This document shows, piece after piece, positions 8,157-18,486 of a stretch of DNA of 64,000 nucleotides. The position numbers were made by a program, and so were the translations under genes. Within the stretch, counting starts at the first letter, position 1. The number at the start of each line of letters is the position of its first letter. The stretch is from the NCBI GenBank assembly GCA_965277265.1, contig CBDICF010000002.1:274449-338448 (forward strand), given 5' to 3'. Source of the DNA: Edaphobacter sp. (lineage in GTDB: Bacteria; Acidobacteriota; Terriglobia; Terriglobales; Acidobacteriaceae). A model generated the notes under the pieces. That model had not been told where the DNA came from and searched no databases. It saw nothing but the letters and a program-made list of their open reading frames with translations.

Positions 8157-8831
8157 TCAGTCCGCCTCGGCGAGGGAGAATTTGTGGCGCACGTCAGAGC
8201 CTCGGACCCAGAAGATGACGTCTTCGGCGATGTTGGTGGCATGGTCGGCGGCGCGCTCCAGGTTGCGTGAGACGATGATCGCGCTCAAAGCCTGGCTGCT
8301 GACCGTAGGGTGCTGTCGCATCACCTCGACCAGTTCGCTCTGAACGTTGCGATTCATTCCGTCGATCTCGTCGTCCATGGCGAGCACGTGCTCCGCGAGC
8401 TTCGCATCGGCTTCGAGCAGGGACTGAATCGCGGAGCGGATCATCACGCCGACCTTTTCCCCCATCTCGGCGATGTCGATGGGCAGGGAGATCTCGGGTA
8501 CCACCTGCAGGGACCGCGCCCGCTGGGCAATGTTGCTTGCCTGGTCTCCTATCCGCTCCAGATCGCCGTTGATCTTAATGACGGAGAGGATGAATCGCAG
8601 GTCGATCGCCATCGGCTGCTCCTTCGCGAGGAGGTCGTAGGCCATCTGGTCGACGTCACGCTCTGCCGTGTTGATGGCCGCTTCGATCTCGATGACGTGA
8701 TCGCACAACCCGATATCGCCGCTCAGGTACGCTTCCAGCGAAAGCGAGAGAGCCTGCTGGGACAGGGCTGCCATGGCGAGCAGTTTGTCCTTGAGAGCGA
8801 CGAGTTGTTGTTGGAAATTGATGCGCGGCAT
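8157..8831 (-). CDS. phoU: Phosphate signalling complex protein PhoU
   Basis: Two helical repeats with E...D...DLERIGDQA and D..D...NLERAADHATNIAE motifs; GGAGG SD. Confidence 0.95.
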   Translation of the reverse strand: MPRINFQQQLVALKDKLLAMAALSQQALSLSLEAYLSGDIGLCDHVIEIEAAINTAERDVDQMAYDLLAKEQPMAIDLRFILSVIKINGDLERIGDQASNIAQRARSLQVVPEISLPIDIAEMGEKVGVMIRSAIQSLLEADAKLAEHVLAMDDEIDGMNRNVQSELVEVMRQHPTVSSQALSAIIVSRNLERAADHATNIAEDVIFWVRGSDVRHKFSLAEAD

Positions 8832-9132
8832 GGGGCTGATCCCTCCTCTCTATTGTGACGTAAGGAAGGCGAAGAGACGATGAATTTGTGGCGTATCCAA
8901 AAAGATGCGGCGTGAAAGCTCAGAAGGAAGCTCTGATTGGAGCTTTTGAAGCCGTTGAGATTCGGATTGAGCTGAGATCTGTAGATGGGAAGAGACAAGA
9001 ACCAGAGCGAAAGACAGCGGGTTTCTCCACTACGGTCGAAATGACGGGTTTGTGGGGCTCGGACGTGCGTCTTAAGCCGCCGGCCGCCAGCAGGATCGCA
9101 TCTGCCTCAATGTTGGTATCCTGTCCCTGCAT

Positions 9133-10755
9133 ATGCCGAAACCCATCGTCCTCACCATCCTCGACGGCTGGGGCTACCGCCCCGAAACGCACGGCAACGC
9201 CATCGCACAGGCCCGCAAGCCCATCTACGACAAGCTGCTCCGTGAGTACCCGAACACCCTGCTCCGGGCGAGCGAAGAGTTTGTCGGCCTGCCGGACGGC
9301 CAGATGGGCAACTCCGAGGTCGGCCACCTCAACCTCGGCGCGGGACGCATCGTCCGCATGGACATGACGCGCATCGATACCGCAATCATGGACGGCAGCT
9401 TCTTCACGGACCCCACGCTGACTCGCGCCTGTGAGCTGGCGAGTCAAAAGGGCCGGGCGCTCCACCTGATCGGCCTGCTGTCGGATGGCGGCGTCCACTC
9501 GCACCAGCGGCACCTGTACGCACTGCTAAGGATGGCTGCCCGGCACAAGCTTACCCGCGTCTTCGTCCACGCGTTTATGGATGGCCGCGACACCATGCCC
9601 ACCAGCGGCATCGGGTATCTGCAAGAGCTGCAGCGCAAGTTCCTGGAGTACAACGTGGGTCTCCTCTCCAGCGTATCCGGCCGTTACTTCGCCATGGACC
9701 GCGATCTCCGCTGGGAGAAGGAGAGACAGGCCTTCGACGCGATGGTCACGGGCCACCCCGCGGGAGGAACCTATGAAGGACCGATCGCACGCATTCGGGA
9801 GCTTTACAACAACGGCATCACCGACGAGTTCATTCCGCCGTTTACCTGCACCAACCCGACCGATGGAGCACCTGTCGGCCTGATCCGGGACCATGACGTC
9901 GTCATCAACTTCAACTATCGCGCCGACCGCGCTCGCCAGATTACACGGGTGCTCACGCGCAACTCCGGCCTGACCGCAGACCCGATCGGGAGCCAGGGCC
10001 ACCAGCTGCCGAAAGCCGCCGAACTGGACGCTGAGATTCCGCTGAATGTTGTCCCCACCGGGCTGCACTACGTTTGCATGACCCAGTACGACAAGAACTA
10101 CAAGCTTCCCATCGTGATCCCCCCCGAGTCGATGGACAACCTGCTCGCCAACCTGATGGCGCAGGCGAACCTGCGTAACCTGCGCGTCGCCGAGACGGAG
10201 AAATACGCCCATGTCACCTATTTTTTCAACGGCGGCATCGAGAAGCCTTTTCCGGGCGAAGACCGTGCGCTGATTCCATCGCAAAAAGTGGCCACCTACG
10301 ACCTCGCGCCCGAGATGTCCGCCGCAGGCATTGCCGATGCGGTCTGCAAAGCTGTCAACGACACGGCGTTCGACGTCATCATCGTTAACTTCGCCAATGC
10401 AGACATGGTTGGGCACTCGGGCATGATGGAGCCCACGATCCGCGCCGTGGAGACCGTCGATACCCAGCTGGGCCGCATCTATCAGGCAATCAAACAGCGC
10501 GGCGGCTCGCTGCTCGTCACCGCCGACCATGGCAACGCCGAGATGCTCATCGACCCCGCGACCGGCGGCCCGCATACCGCTCACACCACCAATCCCGTGC
10601 CGTTCCTCTACATCACGGAAGAGGGAGCTGCTCCGACGCTGCGTAACGGGGGCAGCCTGCGCGACATCTCTCCCACTCTTCTGTCGATCCTGAAGCTCGA
10701 CCAGCCCGGCCAGATGACCGGAGGCAACCTGCGGGATGCGGACAGTGTGATCTGA
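9133..10755 (+). CDS. gpmI: 2,3-bisphosphoglycerate-independent phosphoglycerate mutase
   Basis: [53 protein letters not shown]. Confidence 0.97.
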   Translation: MPKPIVLTILDGWGYRPETHGNAIAQARKPIYDKLLREYPNTLLRASEEFVGLPDGQMGNSEVGHLNLGAGRIVRMDMTRIDTAIMDGSFFTDPTLTRACELASQKGRALHLIGLLSDGGVHSHQRHLYALLRMAARHKLTRVFVHAFMDGRDTMPTSGIGYLQELQRKFLEYNVGLLSSVSGRYFAMDRDLRWEKERQAFDAMVTGHPAGGTYEGPIARIRELYNNGITDEFIPPFTCTNPTDGAPVGLIRDHDVVINFNYRADRARQITRVLTRNSGLTADPIGSQGHQLPKAAELDAEIPLNVVPTGLHYVCMTQYDKNYKLPIVIPPESMDNLLANLMAQANLRNLRVAETEKYAHVTYFFNGGIEKPFPGEDRALIPSQKVATYDLAPEMSAAGIADAVCKAVNDTAFDVIIVNFANADMVGHSGMMEPTIRAVETVDTQLGRIYQAIKQRGGSLLVTADHGNAEMLIDPATGGPHTAHTTNPVPFLYITEEGAAPTLRNGGSLRDISPTLLSILKLDQPGQMTGGNLRDADSVI

Positions 10756-10761
10756 GAAGGT

Positions 10762-12636
10762 TTACAGGACGCGGAGGACGACTACGGTCTCGTCGTCGAA
10801 GCGGTCGGTGCCGGACTGGAAGGCGGAGACTGCCTGGAGGATGGCGTCGACCGTGGACTGCGCGGTGGGGTGGTGCTGGGCTTCGAGCAGGCGGGTGAGA
10901 CGCTCGTCGCCGAACATCTCGCCGGCAGCATTATTGGCGTCGACGATGCCGTCGGAGAAGAAGACGATGAGATCGCCGGGGCGGGTGGCGAGGGTGAATT
11001 CTTCGTATTCGGCGTTGGGGAAGAGGCCGAGAGGGAAGCCTTCGGCCTTGATGTTGCGGACGGTAGGGGACAGGGTGAGGTCGGGGTTGGCGGCGACGAA
11101 GAGCGGCTGGACGGAGCCGGCGTTCGCGATCTGGAGGGTCTGGTTGCTGTCGTCCCAGACGGCCATCAGCATCGTCACGTATTGGGAGTCGAGCTTGCGC
11201 TGCTGAAGCTGGTCGTTCAGGGCGGCGAGCATGGCGGCCGGCGAGAGGCGCTGCGGGGCGAGGGAGCGCAGGATTCCGCTGACGAGTGCGGCGTAGAGCG
11301 CCGCGGGTGCGGCCTTGCCGCTGACGTCTCCTACGGCGAGCGCGCTGCGATGGGGGCCGTAGTCCAGGAAGTCGTAGACATCGCCTCCGATGGAGCGGGC
11401 GGCGACGAATTCGGCTGCGATTTCGGCGTGTTCCAGACGCGGCGGGTTGGAGGGCATCAGGCGGAGCTGCACCTGACGGGCCATCTCCAGGTCGCGCTCC
11501 ATGCGCTGCTCTTCCTCGTGGATGCGCTGGTAAAGGCGGGCGTTGGCGATGCTGATGGCGACCTGTGCGGCGAGGGTGGAGAGCGTCCGCTGATGGTCCT
11601 CGTTGTAGTAGTTGACGCGGGTGTGTTCGAGATCGAGCACGCCGATAACCTGCCCTTTATAGACGAGGGGCACGGAGAGCTCGGAGCGGACCTCGGGGTT
11701 GGCTTCGACGTAGCGGGCGTCTTTACGGACATCGGGGGCGAGGACGGGTTCCCGGAGCTGCGCGGCGGTGCCGATAAGGCCTTCGCCGAGCGCGATGGTT
11801 CGCTCGCGGGTGACGCGTTCGCCGAAGCGGGAGGAGAAGCGATGCTCGAACTGCTGGGTGCGCTCGTTCCACAGCAGGATGGTGAACATGTGGAAGTCGA
11901 TGACGCGCTTCAGCAGATGGCCGATGCGTTCCAGCAGGTCGTCGGGATCGAGGATGCTGGTGATCTCGCGGGAGATGTCGTTGAGGACGGTGAGGGTCTG
12001 GGCCTGGCGCGAGACGCGGGTGTAGAGACGCGCGTTTTCGATCGCGATGGCCATGCGGGAGGCGACGAGCTCGAGCAGACGCTGGTGCTCGTGGGTGAAG
12101 TAGGCGGGCGCTTCGGACTGGAGGTCGAGGACGCCGATGACCTTGTTTTTCACCACCAGCGGGACGGCCAGCTCGGAGAGGACGTTGGGGTTCGCGTCAA
12201 TGTAGTTCTCGGCCTGGGTGACGTCTTCGATGAGCAGCGATTTGCGATGCAGGGCGGCCTGGCCGACAATGCCGCGGCCGAGCTTGATGCGCATGCGTTC
12301 GATCTCGGTCGTATGGCCGATCTGGAAGCGCATACGAAGGTCCTGCGAGCGGTCATTGATCAGCAGGATGGCGAAGATACGGTAGTCGATGACGGCGCGG
12401 ACTAGGTCGGCTACGCGGTGCATCAGGGTGTTCAGGTCGAGCGTGGAGTTGAGGGCGTCGGCGAGGTTGTGCAGGAACTCGACCTGCAAGGGCTCGACGC
12501 GGATCTTCGGGTCTGCGGCGTGGGGATGGAAGAGCTGGGTGCCGGTGGGGCGGTAATCGCCTTCGAAGGGGTGCTCGGGCGTGATGACTTTTAGACCGGC
12601 AGGAGGTTCGGTGCCGGGTTTGAGAGGGGGAGGCAT
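10762..12636 (-). CDS. GAF-GAF-SpoIIE (RsbU-like PP2C) phosphatase
   Basis: Two SELAVPL..VIGVLDL GAF repeats; IGGDVYDF, GDVSGK, FFSDGIVD and DDETVV PP2C motifs. Confidence 0.9.
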   Translation of the reverse strand: MPPPLKPGTEPPAGLKVITPEHPFEGDYRPTGTQLFHPHAADPKIRVEPLQVEFLHNLADALNSTLDLNTLMHRVADLVRAVIDYRIFAILLINDRSQDLRMRFQIGHTTEIERMRIKLGRGIVGQAALHRKSLLIEDVTQAENYIDANPNVLSELAVPLVVKNKVIGVLDLQSEAPAYFTHEHQRLLELVASRMAIAIENARLYTRVSRQAQTLTVLNDISREITSILDPDDLLERIGHLLKRVIDFHMFTILLWNERTQQFEHRFSSRFGERVTRERTIALGEGLIGTAAQLREPVLAPDVRKDARYVEANPEVRSELSVPLVYKGQVIGVLDLEHTRVNYYNEDHQRTLSTLAAQVAISIANARLYQRIHEEEQRMERDLEMARQVQLRLMPSNPPRLEHAEIAAEFVAARSIGGDVYDFLDYGPHRSALAVGDVSGKAAPAALYAALVSGILRSLAPQRLSPAAMLAALNDQLQQRKLDSQYVTMLMAVWDDSNQTLQIANAGSVQPLFVAANPDLTLSPTVRNIKAEGFPLGLFPNAEYEEFTLATRPGDLIVFFSDGIVDANNAAGEMFGDERLTRLLEAQHHPTAQSTVDAILQAVSAFQSGTDRFDDETVVVLRVL

Positions 12637-12695
12637 TCTGCGCTGCGATGATATTACCGGGTAGGGAGGCGTTTAGGGGAGGCGATTCGACGCGG

Positions 12696-13466
12696 CTACC
12701 GGGCTGCGGCCTGCGCAGCGAGTTCGGCCACGATCTTCACACTCGCGCTTGCGCCGATCCGGGATGCGCCGGCGTGGAGCATGACGGTGGCGTCAGCCAG
12801 GGAGCGTATGCCGCCGGAGGCCTTCACCCCGGCGCGGTGGCCGGCCACGCCGCGGAGCAGGGCGATATCGTCCGCGGTGGCGCCCCCCGAGGAGAAGCCG
12901 GTGCTGGTCTTCAGGAAGTCCGCCCCGGCGGAGAGGGCCAGCTCGGACGCGCGGAGCTTCTCTTCAAAGGTGAGCAGGCAGGTTTCAAGGATGACTTTGA
13001 CGATGGCTCCGCCGGCGTGGGCCAGTTCGACGACACCGCGAATATCCTGGCGGACGGCTTCGTAGTCGGCGGGCTGGCCGGATTTGAGCAGTCCGATGTT
13101 CAGGACCATGTCAAGGTCGTGCGCGCCGTGCTTCATGGCTCGGGTAGCTTCATCGTGCTTGCTACTGGAAAGCGAGGCGCCCAGCGGGAAGCCGATGACG
13201 ACCCCGACCGGGATGCCGGTGCCGGTGAGGGCAGCCGAGGCCAGCGAGACCCAGGTGGGGTTCACCATGGCGCAGGCGAAACGGTGTGTGGCCGCCTCGT
13301 GGCAGAGCTGCAGGACCTGGCCGCGGGTCGCGTCGGGCTTCAGAAGGGTGTGATCGAGGACGGCGGCGAGGTTCTGCGGTGCGGAGAGGGTGTGTTCGGT
13401 GAAGGCCTGGGGGTCGAAGTGCGCGGGTCTGCTGGGAGTCGATTCGAAGGTGGTGAAGGTACTCAA
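12696..13466 (-). CDS. deoC: Deoxyribose-phosphate aldolase
   Basis: [48 protein letters not shown]. Start placed at TTG 13466 (AGGAG upstream), uncertain. Confidence 0.9.
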   Translation of the reverse strand: MSTFTTFESTPSRPAHFDPQAFTEHTLSAPQNLAAVLDHTLLKPDATRGQVLQLCHEAATHRFACAMVNPTWVSLASAALTGTGIPVGVVIGFPLGASLSSSKHDEATRAMKHGAHDLDMVLNIGLLKSGQPADYEAVRQDIRGVVELAHAGGAIVKVILETCLLTFEEKLRASELALSAGADFLKTSTGFSSGGATADDIALLRGVAGHRAGVKASGGIRSLADATVMLHAGASRIGASASVKIVAELAAQAAAR

Positions 13467-13527
13467 AAGGCTCTGCTCCTGTGCTTGCCGGGGCGACGCG
13501 GGATGAGCCGCTCCCGGGTACTTTCTA

Positions 13528-15132
13528 TCATACCGGGGGGTGAACTGGCCGGGCAGCGGCCGGCTGGAGGGCGGTGTGCCAGGCCAGGGCAAGGTCGTCG
13601 CGGAGAAACTGGTGGAGCTGCTCGCCCGACGGCTTGTCGCGGGCGCGCAGAACGGCGCTGGGGTGGATTGTGGCCATCACCTGGTCGCTGTAGGGGGTCT
13701 GGAGGAGCTTGCCGTGATCGCGCATCAGGGCGAAGGTGCCGCCCAACAATGACTTGGACGCCGAAGCCCCGAGGCAGAGGATCACCTGCGGGCGCACGGC
13801 ATCGATCTCGGCCAGCAGCCACGGGCGGCACGCGTTGATCTCGGACATGCGCGGACTCTGGTGCAGCCGGAGCTTGCCGCGCTGGGCGAATTTGAAGTGT
13901 TTGACGGCGTTGGTCAGGAAGACCTTGGAGCGCTGGATGCCCAGCTCTTCCAGCACGCCGTCCAGAATTCTCCCGGCCGGCCCAACAAAGGGCTCGCCCT
14001 GAACGTCTTCCTGGTCGCCGGGCTGTTCGCCGACCAGCATCAGTTTGGCCTTGCCCGCGCCTCGTCCCGGAACCGCCTGGGTAGCGTGGCAGTACAGGTC
14101 GCAGCCCTTGCAGGAGGGAAGCGCGGCGAGGATCGCGGGTACAGTGTGTTCGGCGGGGACGAAGGGCTGGGCGGTGGGCTGGTTCTGCTGGCGTGTGACC
14201 ATGGCGTTGACTCGGGTCCTGGATTGGGTGATCAGGTTCGGGAGGAGCGACACTTCGGGGAGATTCTTCCAGTATCGAACGGGCATCTCGTTGCGCATCG
14301 CGCCGGGGTTCAGACGCGCCGGGTTATAGATGCTGGCGTAGTAGGCGCGCCAGAGGTCTTCCAGCTCGTCTTCGGACGGGGCGGACTCGCGCGGCAGCCC
14401 GGGAGCGAAGGAAAGCTGTTTTGCGTTGGGGTCCCACGAGACCGACTCGTCGGGGGTAAGGATGGTCCAGCGCATGATGCTGAAACGCTCCGCGAAGAAG
14501 GGAGCGGCCAGCGGAAGGATGCGGTGGTCGGGCTGGTACCAGGCGATGAAGTGTTCGCAGGCGTCGGGTTTGGATGCCGTTGGGGTGGCGTGAGGATCGG
14601 GATCGCAGAGGGGTAGCTCCGTACGGTCGAGGCCGAAGGGGGTGGCCGTGGCGAGGACCAGGTGGTGCGGCTCGGGCGCGGTGGCCAGGGATTCGTCGAC
14701 GACGGTGGGACGTGCATGCGGGTCGCCGGGCTCAAGCACCATGCGAAAGCGCACAAAGGCGTGCATCTTGTGGAGGTCGCGGCGCACCTGGGCTTCGAGG
14801 CGGAGCAGTTGAGCGATATCGGGGTCGACTTCGACCTTGAGCAGGTTGCGGTTGGTCTGGAGGCGGTAGAGGATGCGATAGAGCAGGTTCCAGCGCTGTG
14901 GGTCGCGGTGGACGGCGACGACTCCGGCAGTTTCGAGAAAGGCTTTTGAGGTGTGCGGATGGGTGATGGGACTGCCTCCGGGAGCTTCGCTCGATTCGAG
15001 CGTCAGTTCGAGCGTTGTCGGGACGGTTGCATCCTGGAGGTCGAGTTCCTCAGGCCGGTACCCGAGGTGCAGGGCTTCGCGCGCGGCTTCTCGCCATACC
15101 TGAAAGTCGGGTTCGAGAGGGATTCGTTTCAT
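13528..15132 (-). CDS. DUF4130 (TIGR03915-like) domain fused to a UdgX-type uracil-DNA glycosylase domain
   Basis: N-terminal [48 protein letters not shown]; C-terminal [44 protein letters not shown]. Confidence 0.88.
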   Translation of the reverse strand: MKRIPLEPDFQVWREAAREALHLGYRPEELDLQDATVPTTLELTLESSEAPGGSPITHPHTSKAFLETAGVVAVHRDPQRWNLLYRILYRLQTNRNLLKVEVDPDIAQLLRLEAQVRRDLHKMHAFVRFRMVLEPGDPHARPTVVDESLATAPEPHHLVLATATPFGLDRTELPLCDPDPHATPTASKPDACEHFIAWYQPDHRILPLAAPFFAERFSIMRWTILTPDESVSWDPNAKQLSFAPGLPRESAPSEDELEDLWRAYYASIYNPARLNPGAMRNEMPVRYWKNLPEVSLLPNLITQSRTRVNAMVTRQQNQPTAQPFVPAEHTVPAILAALPSCKGCDLYCHATQAVPGRGAGKAKLMLVGEQPGDQEDVQGEPFVGPAGRILDGVLEELGIQRSKVFLTNAVKHFKFAQRGKLRLHQSPRMSEINACRPWLLAEIDAVRPQVILCLGASASKSLLGGTFALMRDHGKLLQTPYSDQVMATIHPSAVLRARDKPSGEQLHQFLRDDLALAWHTALQPAAARPVHPPV

Positions 15133-15241
15133 TCCTGTTCCGCTGTGCTGTGCGATTGGATGCCGGTTCCTCAAGTTGATGCATGAAGCGCGTTACTGAA
15201 GATTTCGGAGCGGATGACGACCTCGATGCTAAATTCCAAAG

Positions 15242-15880
15242 ATGCTGAAATCATCTCTTCTATCCGTCATTCGCAGATCCATGGCCATTGTCCTCCTCTC
15301 GGGCGCATCGCTCTCGTTCGCTCAGCAGTCGCCTGCACTTCCTCCGGGCATTACCCTGCCGACAAAAGGCACGATGTATGCGGTTGACACAACCGGAACG
15401 CAGACCAACCTTGTTCAGTTACATGCGAACGAAATCGTATCGAACTCCCACGCCGGGTCGAATTTCCTGCGAAGCATGGTTTACGCGAATCTCCATGCGA
15501 GCGTGGAGTTGAAAGGTATCAACGCGGATACGCACCTTCAAAGCTCGGGCCTCTCTTTTCTCACGCGTCTGAGCGACGAAGAGACGGAGTTGATGCGAAA
15601 GAGGCTGACACTGATTCGCCTGAAGCAGACGGCTGACAGGCGTGTGGTGTCGGCCTACTCGCAGAATGTCTTCGGCGGACAGCGGGGGAGGCAGTACGAC
15701 GTGGTCGAGACGACCAAGACGGACGTTCCCGACAGTGACTGGGTTAAGTTGACGCCAGTCAAGCCACTGGAGCCAGGTGAATACGGACTTGTCATTATGC
15801 CGAAAGACGCAAGCCTGTTTACCGACGTTGTGTACGACTTCGATGTGGATTTTCGAGAGGGTAAGGCTGAAACGAAATGA
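15242..15880 (+). CDS. Secreted hypothetical protein
   Basis: Signal-peptide-like N-terminus (..LLSGASLSFA/QQ), beta-rich body; fills the gap between two minus-strand genes. Confidence 0.7.
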   Translation: MLKSSLLSVIRRSMAIVLLSGASLSFAQQSPALPPGITLPTKGTMYAVDTTGTQTNLVQLHANEIVSNSHAGSNFLRSMVYANLHASVELKGINADTHLQSSGLSFLTRLSDEETELMRKRLTLIRLKQTADRRVVSAYSQNVFGGQRGRQYDVVETTKTDVPDSDWVKLTPVKPLEPGEYGLVIMPKDASLFTDVVYDFDVDFREGKAETK

Positions 15881-15884
15881 AGGT

Positions 15885-17114
15885 TCAAACCGAACCGGTG
15901 AGTGCGCTGGTCGGGGCGAACAGATCGAGCTGGGTTGTGGTCGGGGATGTCTCTTTTGTGTAAAGCGATGGCAGATGATCGACAGTCACGAGGTAGGGCA
16001 GGGCACTCTTGATGCGGACGTGCAGCTTGCGTAGATCGTCCAGCAGCAGGGAATGGTAGCGGCGGATGCTGAGGATGCGTTCGACGTTGCGGTAGCCGAT
16101 GCCGGGGACGCGAAGCAGTGCTTCCCGCGGTGCGGCGTTGACGTCGATGGGGAAGAACTCCGGATGAGACTTCGCCCATGTCGTCTTCGGATCTTCCGTG
16201 AGCGAGAGGTCCGGCGCTTCGGGCGTGGTGAGCTCGCCTGCCGTGTATCCGTAGAAGCGCATCAGCCAATCGGACTGGTAGAGGCGATGTTCGCGCATCA
16301 TGGGAGCGGCTTTCAGAGGAAGGCGAGCGTCCGCATCGGGGTAAGGGCTGAAGCCGGTGTAGTAGATGCGGCGAAGCTTGTACCGGCCGTAGAGGCGGGT
16401 GGCGGTCGAAAGGATCTGTCTATCGCTGGCTGGCGTAGCTCCGACGACCATCTGGGTCGACTGTCCGGCGGCGGCGAACTTCGGCGTGGAGGGAAGCCTG
16501 CGGCGGTCTTCGTCGGCCTCATCTTTGCGAACCGCAATCTGCGACATGGTGGATTCGATAATGTTGGACTTCTTCTCCGGGGCTAGCTGGACGAGGTCCT
16601 GCTGGGTGGGGAGCTCGATATTGGCGCTGAGGCGGTCGGCATAGAGGCCGGCCTGTTCGATCAGGAGCGGACTGGCTCCGGGGATGGCTTTCAGGTGGAT
16701 GTAGCCGCCGAATCTGTGCACCTGCCGGAGGGTTTGTGCGACCTTGATGAGCTGCTCCATCGTGTAGTCGGGCGACTGGATGATGCCGGAGGAGAGGAAG
16801 AGGCCTTCGATGTAGTTGCGCTTATAAAAGTTCAGCGTGAGGGTGATGACCTCTTCGGGGCTGAAGCGCGCCCGCTGAATGTCCGACGAGATGCGGTTGA
16901 CGCAGAAGACGCAGTCGTAGGTGCAGAAGTTCGTAAGGAGGATTTTGAGCAGCGAGACGCAGCGGCCGTCCGGCGTATAGCTGTGGCATATGCCAATGCC
17001 GTCGGAGTGGCCGACGCCTTCGCCATTGCCCGCGCGCTTCGCTCCCGATGAGGCGCAGGAGGCGTCGTATTTGGCGGCATCGGCGAGTATCTCGAGTTTT
17101 TGCTGGACATTCAT
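15885..17114 (-). CDS. Putative DNA modification/repair radical SAM protein (TIGR03916-like) with C-terminal HhH
   Basis: KYDASCASSG, CTYDCVFC (CxxxCxxC), YIEGLFLSSG, YIHLKAIPG, REHRLYQSDWLMRFYG, LLRVPGIG HhH. Confidence 0.9.
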   Translation of the reverse strand: MNVQQKLEILADAAKYDASCASSGAKRAGNGEGVGHSDGIGICHSYTPDGRCVSLLKILLTNFCTYDCVFCVNRISSDIQRARFSPEEVITLTLNFYKRNYIEGLFLSSGIIQSPDYTMEQLIKVAQTLRQVHRFGGYIHLKAIPGASPLLIEQAGLYADRLSANIELPTQQDLVQLAPEKKSNIIESTMSQIAVRKDEADEDRRRLPSTPKFAAAGQSTQMVVGATPASDRQILSTATRLYGRYKLRRIYYTGFSPYPDADARLPLKAAPMMREHRLYQSDWLMRFYGYTAGELTTPEAPDLSLTEDPKTTWAKSHPEFFPIDVNAAPREALLRVPGIGYRNVERILSIRRYHSLLLDDLRKLHVRIKSALPYLVTVDHLPSLYTKETSPTTTQLDLFAPTSALTGSV

Positions 17115-17236
17115 TCAGGAGAGAGATGACCGATGTTGATGTTTGTATTGTAGCGAATAGAAGGCGAAGCAGGGCGGAGGGTAATAGTTCGATTTCAGCG
17201 CTTCAACATCTAAAGGATGTGAGCAACTACGGTGGA

Positions 17237-18283
17237 ATGAACGACGGTGGGTTAAAGACGCTTCGCCTCTCCGTCCTGGACCAGTCGCCGGTGCCCGAGG
17301 GCAGTACCCCGGGACAAGCGTTGCAGAACTCGATCGAACTGGCAAAGCACGTCGACCGGCTGGGTTACACCCGCTTCTGGATGTCGGAGCACCATGCGAT
17401 GGACACGCTCGCCTGTACCGCTCCGGAGATTATGCTGGCGCGGATCGGAGCGGAGACCAGCCGAATTCGCATCGGGTCGGGCGGCATTATGCTCCCGCAC
17501 TACGCCTCGTTCAAAGTGGCGGAGGTGTTTCGAACTCTCCATGCGCTTTATCCGGGCAGGGTCGATCTGGGGATCGGGCGCGCTCCCGGAGGCGGACCGG
17601 TGGAGTCGCTGGCCCTGCTGCGGAATCGTAAGGCCCACATGCCCGACGACTTCCCGGATCAGGTGAACGAACTGCTCGCGTTCCTGGGGGATGGGCTCTC
17701 GGCGGAGCATCGTTTTCCGGCAGGCCATCCGTTTTCCGGGTTGCGGGTCTCGCCCCGGATGCCTGGCGCCCCCGATGTCTGGATGCTGGGATCGAGTATG
17801 TGGAGCTCGGCGGCAGCGGTGGAATTTGGCCTGCCGTATGCATTCGCACACTTCTTCAGCCCGCTGCATACACGCGCGGCCATCGAGACCTACCGAAGGA
17901 GCTTTCGGGGCGGCCCGTATCGCGTAGAGCCTGAGGCGACCGTAGCGGTGGGGGTAATCTGCGCGGAGACCCAGGAGGAGGCGCAGTTTCTTTACTCCAG
18001 CGTCCGGCTGCTGCAGCGGAGAATTCGCCAGAACGACCGGCGACCGGTTGCGTCGCCGGAGCAGGCGGAACGGGAGCTTCGTCTGCTGGGAGACGTGCCG
18101 TTGGAGGAAGGGGAGTGGCCTCGCTACTTCGTTGGCACACCCTCGCTGGTACGGGAGCAGCTATCCCAGATGGCCTCTGAGCTGGGAATCGGGGAGCTGG
18201 TGGTGAATACGATCGCCTGGGATCAGGCTGCGCGGCTGAGAAGCTATGAGCTGCTGGCGGAGGAGTTCGGCCTGCAGAAATAA
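17237..18283 (+). CDS. Luciferase-like (LLM class) flavin-dependent monooxygenase
   Basis: LSVLDQSP, RFWMSEHH, IRIGSGGIMLPHY, GRVDLGIGRAPG. Confidence 0.9.
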   Translation: MNDGGLKTLRLSVLDQSPVPEGSTPGQALQNSIELAKHVDRLGYTRFWMSEHHAMDTLACTAPEIMLARIGAETSRIRIGSGGIMLPHYASFKVAEVFRTLHALYPGRVDLGIGRAPGGGPVESLALLRNRKAHMPDDFPDQVNELLAFLGDGLSAEHRFPAGHPFSGLRVSPRMPGAPDVWMLGSSMWSSAAAVEFGLPYAFAHFFSPLHTRAAIETYRRSFRGGPYRVEPEATVAVGVICAETQEEAQFLYSSVRLLQRRIRQNDRRPVASPEQAERELRLLGDVPLEEGEWPRYFVGTPSLVREQLSQMASELGIGELVVNTIAWDQAARLRSYELLAEEFGLQK

Positions 18284-18381
18284 AGTCCGGATATGTGGCG
18301 TAGTCTTCAGCCGCCGAAAAGTGACTGTTCGGGCACGAGCTTTGCAACGCATTACACCACAACGTATCCATAAATTTCCAT
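18278..18381 (-). repeat. Dispersed intergenic element, copy 2 (degenerate)
   Basis: Minus strand TTTCGGCGG (18319-18311) N8 TACGCCA (18302-18296) N12 TTATTT (18283-18278); upstream ATGG/ATGG/GTGG at 10-11 nt spacing. Confidence 0.5.
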
Positions 18382-18486
18382 GTTGTGCCGCCCGAAAATA
18401 TCAAAATCCCCCAACAAAGACGGCTCTCTCACCACAGCCTGCCACGGCGCAAAAAAAGCTGTGCATCGTGACGGCGTGCCCGATCC

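Noticed and set aside
8832-9132. Pho box or structured RNA between phoU and gpmI (hairpin AAAGCTC/GAGCTTT)
   Set aside because: Only a single GTCACA half-site and a short stem; no 11-bp direct repeat.
17115-17236. Possible LexA box (GAAT-N7-GAAG) upstream of the radical SAM gene; also searched upstream of udgX and uvrA
   Set aside because: Both half-sites deviate from GAAC-N7-GAAC / GTTC-N7-GTTC; too weak to claim SOS control.
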